Positions 24,983 to 27,963 of a DNA stretch of 27,963 nucleotides are shown in pieces. The stretch spans positions 1 through 27,963 of the forward strand of contig CAZFIY010000001.1 of assembly GCA_964519685.1 (NCBI GenBank), in the 5' to 3' direction. The stretch's first letter is position 1. Each line of letters opens with the position of its first letter. The notes under the pieces were generated by a model. That model did not search any database and had not been told where the DNA came from. It worked only from the letters and a program-made list of their open reading frames with translations. The translations under genes and the position numbers were made by a program. This DNA is from an uncultured Pseudomonadales bacterium. Its GTDB lineage: Bacteria > Patescibacteriota > Microgenomatia > UBA1400 > PJMF01.

Positions 24983-25002
24983 AGATTTTTTACTGTTATA
25001 AT
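24974..25002 (+). promoter_or_regulatory. Strong predicted sigma70 promoter for rpoB
   Basis: TTGCGC (24974-24979), 17 nt, with extended TGtTATAAT (24994-25002). Confidence 0.8.
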
Positions 25003-25008
25003 AGCCAA

Positions 25009-25230
25009 TTGTCTAAAAAGACTTAAGTAAAAAGCTAGCAGAAAAAACAAAGAGATTGGTGCCTTTAGTTTTTATAAAACAACTAAGTAAGTAGTTCGTT
25101 TCACACAGCGTTATCGAGCATAAGCTGTGTTTTTTTGCTTTGTTCATCTGATTTTACTTAGATCTTTCTAGAAACTTAAAAGTAGCAATTGAGGAAATAA
25201 TTAAGCATTTAAGCTAAAAAGGAATTTTTC
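25009..25230 (+). promoter_or_regulatory. Structured rpoB 5' leader containing a terminator-like hairpin
   Basis: ACACAGC/GCTGTGT hairpin (25103-25130) followed by T6. Nested helices 25024-25032/25152-25160 and 25046-25052/25138-25144. Confidence 0.6.
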
Positions 25231-27963
25231 ATGCCACAAAAAGCAAAACGCCAAAATTGGGGTCAAAAACATCAGATTTTACCAATCTTAGATTTAATCA
25301 AACTCCAAAGTGAAAGTTATCAAGACTTTTTAGATCATGGCATTGCAGAAGCTCTCAAAGAAGTTAACGGCGTTAAGGGCATTGAAGATTTTACCGGTAA
25401 AAACTGGTCACTTACTTTTGGTCAATATCGTTTTGGCGAAGCTAAATATACTCCAGCTCAAGCAAAATCAAAAAATGTTTCCTATGATATGCCTCTTTAT
25501 GTTGAAGCTACTCTTTTAAATAAGAGAACAGAAGAAGAGCGCACTCAAGAAGTTTTCCTTGGTGATATTCCTAAAATGACTACCACAGGTAATTTTATTA
25601 TCAATGGTATCGAAAGAGGAATCGTTACTCAATTAGTTAGATCTCCTGGTGTTTTCTTTTTAGGTGAGGAAGATTCTGCTAGTAAACAATTGTTATATAA
25701 AACTGAACTTCGTCCAATGCGTGGTTCTTGGCTAGAAATCACTGTTTCTCGTCGTAATGTCATCACTGTCAAAATTGACCGTCGTCGCAAGATGCCTGTC
25801 ACTGTTTTACTGAGAGCTTTTGGCTATGAAAGTAATGATGATATTGCTAACTTATTCACTGATGTCCTTAAGAAAGACAAGTTAGATTTGCTTAATAACA
25901 CTTTGAAAAAAGATTCCACCACCAATCAAGCTGAAGCTTTGATTGAGATTTACGAAAAAATGAGACCTGGGGAGCCAGCTGTTCTCGATACTGCTCGTGA
26001 ATTTTTGAATCACATGTTCTTCGATGAGAGACGTTACGATCTTGGTGAAGTTGGTCGTTACAAAGTTAATCGTCGTTTGAAAATTGAAGTTGATAAGAAA
26101 AAAACCATTTTAGATCCTCAAGATCTAGTTGCTGCAATTGGCTACTTAATTGCTTTGCAAAATGGCGAAGGCAAAGTTGATGATATTGACCATTTGTCTA
26201 ACCGTCGCGTACGTCGTGTGGGTGAATTAGTTGCCGGCAACGCTTTCCGCATTGGCTTGATTCGTTTGGAGAGATCTATCCGTGAAAAAATGTCTTTAAC
26301 CAAAACTGATGAAATTTTAACTCCATCAGCTTTAGTTAATGCTCGTCCTTTAATTGCGGCTGTGTCTGAATTTTTCCGTCGCAACCGTTTATCTGCAATT
26401 TTAGATCAGACCAATCCTTTGTCTGAAGTCGATAACTTGCGTCGTTTATCCGTGATGGGTACTGGTGGTGTGACTCGTGAACGTGCCAGTTTCTCTATGC
26501 GTGATATTAACGCTTCTCAATACTCTCGTATTTGTCCAATTCGCTCCCCTGAGGGTCCAAACATTGGTTTGGTGACTTATTTGTCACTCTATACCAGAGT
26601 TAATGACTATGGTTTCTTAGAAGCTCCTTATCTTAAAGTTGCGAACATTAAAGGTAAGATGAAAATCACTGATGAGATCGTCTATTTAAGTGCTGATGAA
26701 GAAGAAGATTATCACATTACTCACGCTAGTATTGGAATTAGTGATGATAACTACATCACCGAAGATTGGATTCCAATGCGTTTCAGAAATGAATTCATTG
26801 AAAGCAGCGTTGAAGAAGTTGAATACATCGACGTTGTCCCAAGACAAGTTGTCGGTAGTTCTGCTTCCTTAATTCCTTTTATTGCTCACGATGAAGCTAA
26901 CCGTGCTTTGATGGGTTCTCATATGCAATGTCAGGCTGTGCCTCTAGTTAAAGCTCAGGCTCCAGTAATTGGTACTGGCATGGAAGCAGAAATTGCTGCT
27001 GCCATGGGTCGTACTATCTTGGCTCCATTCGACGGTGTCGTTGATTACGTTGATAGCAGTAGAGTAGTTCTTAAATTAGATAAAAAATTCCACGACAAAG
27101 CTAAGTCTTTTGTCGAAGTAACTAATAACGAATTAATCACTCTTGATAAAGGATCTATTGCATATAAGTTGTCCAAATACATGAGAACTTCTCAAAGTAC
27201 CTGTTTCTCTCAAAAGCCAGTGGTTAAAATTGGTCAAGAGGTGAAAAAAGGTGATGTTTTGATTGATGGTCCAGCTACTGATCAAGGTGAATTATCTTTG
27301 GGTACTAACTTACTCATTGCTTATACCTCATTTAATGGCTTGGGTTATGAAGATGCTTTGGTTATTTCAGACCGTTTGGTTAAAGAAGATACTTTAACTT
27401 CTATCCAAATCAGTGAACACAAATCCAAAGTTATGGATACTCGCTTAGGACCGGAAGAATTAACTAATGATATTCCAAATGTTAGCGAAACTTTCTTGGC
27501 TAACTTGACTGTCGACGGTATTATCCGTATTGGTAGTCACGTTAAATCAGGTGATATCTTAGTTGGTAAAGTTGCTCCCAAGGGTGAAACTGAACTTTCT
27601 CCAGAAGAGAGATTACTTAGAGCTATCTTTGGTGAAAAATCTAAAGAAGTTCGTGATACTTCCTTACGTATTCCTCATGGTGAAGAGGGTGTAGTTATTG
27701 ACGTTCAAGTGCTCGATCGCGATTTGGGTGACGAACTTGATCCAGGTACTATTAAAGAAGTGATCGTTAAAATTGCTGAAATGAGAAAAATTACCGTTGG
27801 TGATAAGCTCGCTGGTCGCCATGGTAATAAGGGTGTTATTTCCAAAATTGTTCCAGCAGCTGACATGCCTCATTTAGAAGATGGCACAGCAGTTGATATC
27901 ATTATTTCTCCACTTTCTGTCTTGGCTCGTATGAACCTTGGTCAGCTACTTGAAACTCATTTG
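25231..27963 (+). CDS. rpoB: DNA-directed RNA polymerase subunit beta, 5' part (runs off the window)
   Basis: My translation: LDLIKLQSESY, GDIPKMTTTGNFIINGIER, DQTNPLSE, ICPIRSPEGPNIGL, DEANRALMG, GDKLAGRHGNKGVIS, RMNLGQ. AAGGA SD upstream. Confidence 0.98.
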   Translation, partial: MPQKAKRQNWGQKHQILPILDLIKLQSESYQDFLDHGIAEALKEVNGVKGIEDFTGKNWSLTFGQYRFGEAKYTPAQAKSKNVSYDMPLYVEATLLNKRTEEERTQEVFLGDIPKMTTTGNFIINGIERGIVTQLVRSPGVFFLGEEDSASKQLLYKTELRPMRGSWLEITVSRRNVITVKIDRRRKMPVTVLLRAFGYESNDDIANLFTDVLKKDKLDLLNNTLKKDSTTNQAEALIEIYEKMRPGEPAVLDTAREFLNHMFFDERRYDLGEVGRYKVNRRLKIEVDKKKTILDPQDLVAAIGYLIALQNGEGKVDDIDHLSNRRVRRVGELVAGNAFRIGLIRLERSIREKMSLTKTDEILTPSALVNARPLIAAVSEFFRRNRLSAILDQTNPLSEVDNLRRLSVMGTGGVTRERASFSMRDINASQYSRICPIRSPEGPNIGLVTYLSLYTRVNDYGFLEAPYLKVANIKGKMKITDEIVYLSADEEEDYHITHASIGISDDNYITEDWIPMRFRNEFIESSVEEVEYIDVVPRQVVGSSASLIPFIAHDEANRALMGSHMQCQAVPLVKAQAPVIGTGMEAEIAAAMGRTILAPFDGVVDYVDSSRVVLKLDKKFHDKAKSFVEVTNNELITLDKGSIAYKLSKYMRTSQSTCFSQKPVVKIGQEVKKGDVLIDGPATDQGELSLGTNLLIAYTSFNGLGYEDALVISDRLVKEDTLTSIQISEHKSKVMDTRLGPEELTNDIPNVSETFLANLTVDGIIRIGSHVKSGDILVGKVAPKGETELSPEERLLRAIFGEKSKEVRDTSLRIPHGEEGVVIDVQVLDRDLGDELDPGTIKEVIVKIAEMRKITVGDKLAGRHGNKGVISKIVPAADMPHLEDGTAVDIIISPLSVLARMNLGQLLETHL

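Noticed and set aside
25056-25094. 12-codon uORF (TTG GTG CCT...TAG) before the rpoB leader terminator
   Set aside because: Weak start, no convincing SD and no regulatory codon run; cannot be supported without conservation data.
430-27873. The many 60-120 aa ORFs overlapping pnp, ftsK, alaS, rpoB and other genes
   Set aside because: All lie inside well-supported genes in other frames or strands and show no recognisable motifs.
1-27963. TGA recoding (code 25), CRISPR arrays, transposases
   Set aside because: TGA terminates intact genes (e.g. galU 2714, LOG 7943, udg 11162); no spaced repeat array or transposase motif seen.

Overview
AT-rich bacterial chromosome segment, genetic code 11. Gene content and reduced protein forms suggest a Patescibacteria/CPR genome, Microgenomates-like (inference). 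Almost everything is on the + strand. Order: 3' end of pnp; LacD-like aldolase-fold gene coupled to galU; Mn/Fe-SOD; RNase H-like exonuclease, NUDIX hydrolase and YjjX-type NTPase; a membrane-anchored hypothetical; a 67-aa basic protein with its own promoter and terminator; rpiB-rpe-LOG-pfkB; an LPSAG-anchored Ig-like surface protein; a Lon-type AAA+ with no protease domain; family-4 UDG; rnj; ftsK; tmRNA (-); comF (-); tRNA-Val(CAC); yqeY; RodZ-like; DUF948/YtxH-like pair; alaS; a 166-nt rod-like RNA candidate; a 730-aa membrane protein with a baseplate-J-like domain; sortase; ruvX; mltG; a structured leader; 5' part of rpoB (absent from the ORF track). No CRISPR, integrase or transposase was seen. 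Best leads: the baseplate-J-like plus sortase module sitting inside the conserved alaS-ruvX-mltG cluster, the 6S-like RNA, the protease-less Lon ATPase, the remodelled rifamycin pocket of RpoB, the rpoB attenuator-like leader, and several enzymes lacking canonical ligands. Comparisons with reference proteins are from memory, not computed alignments.
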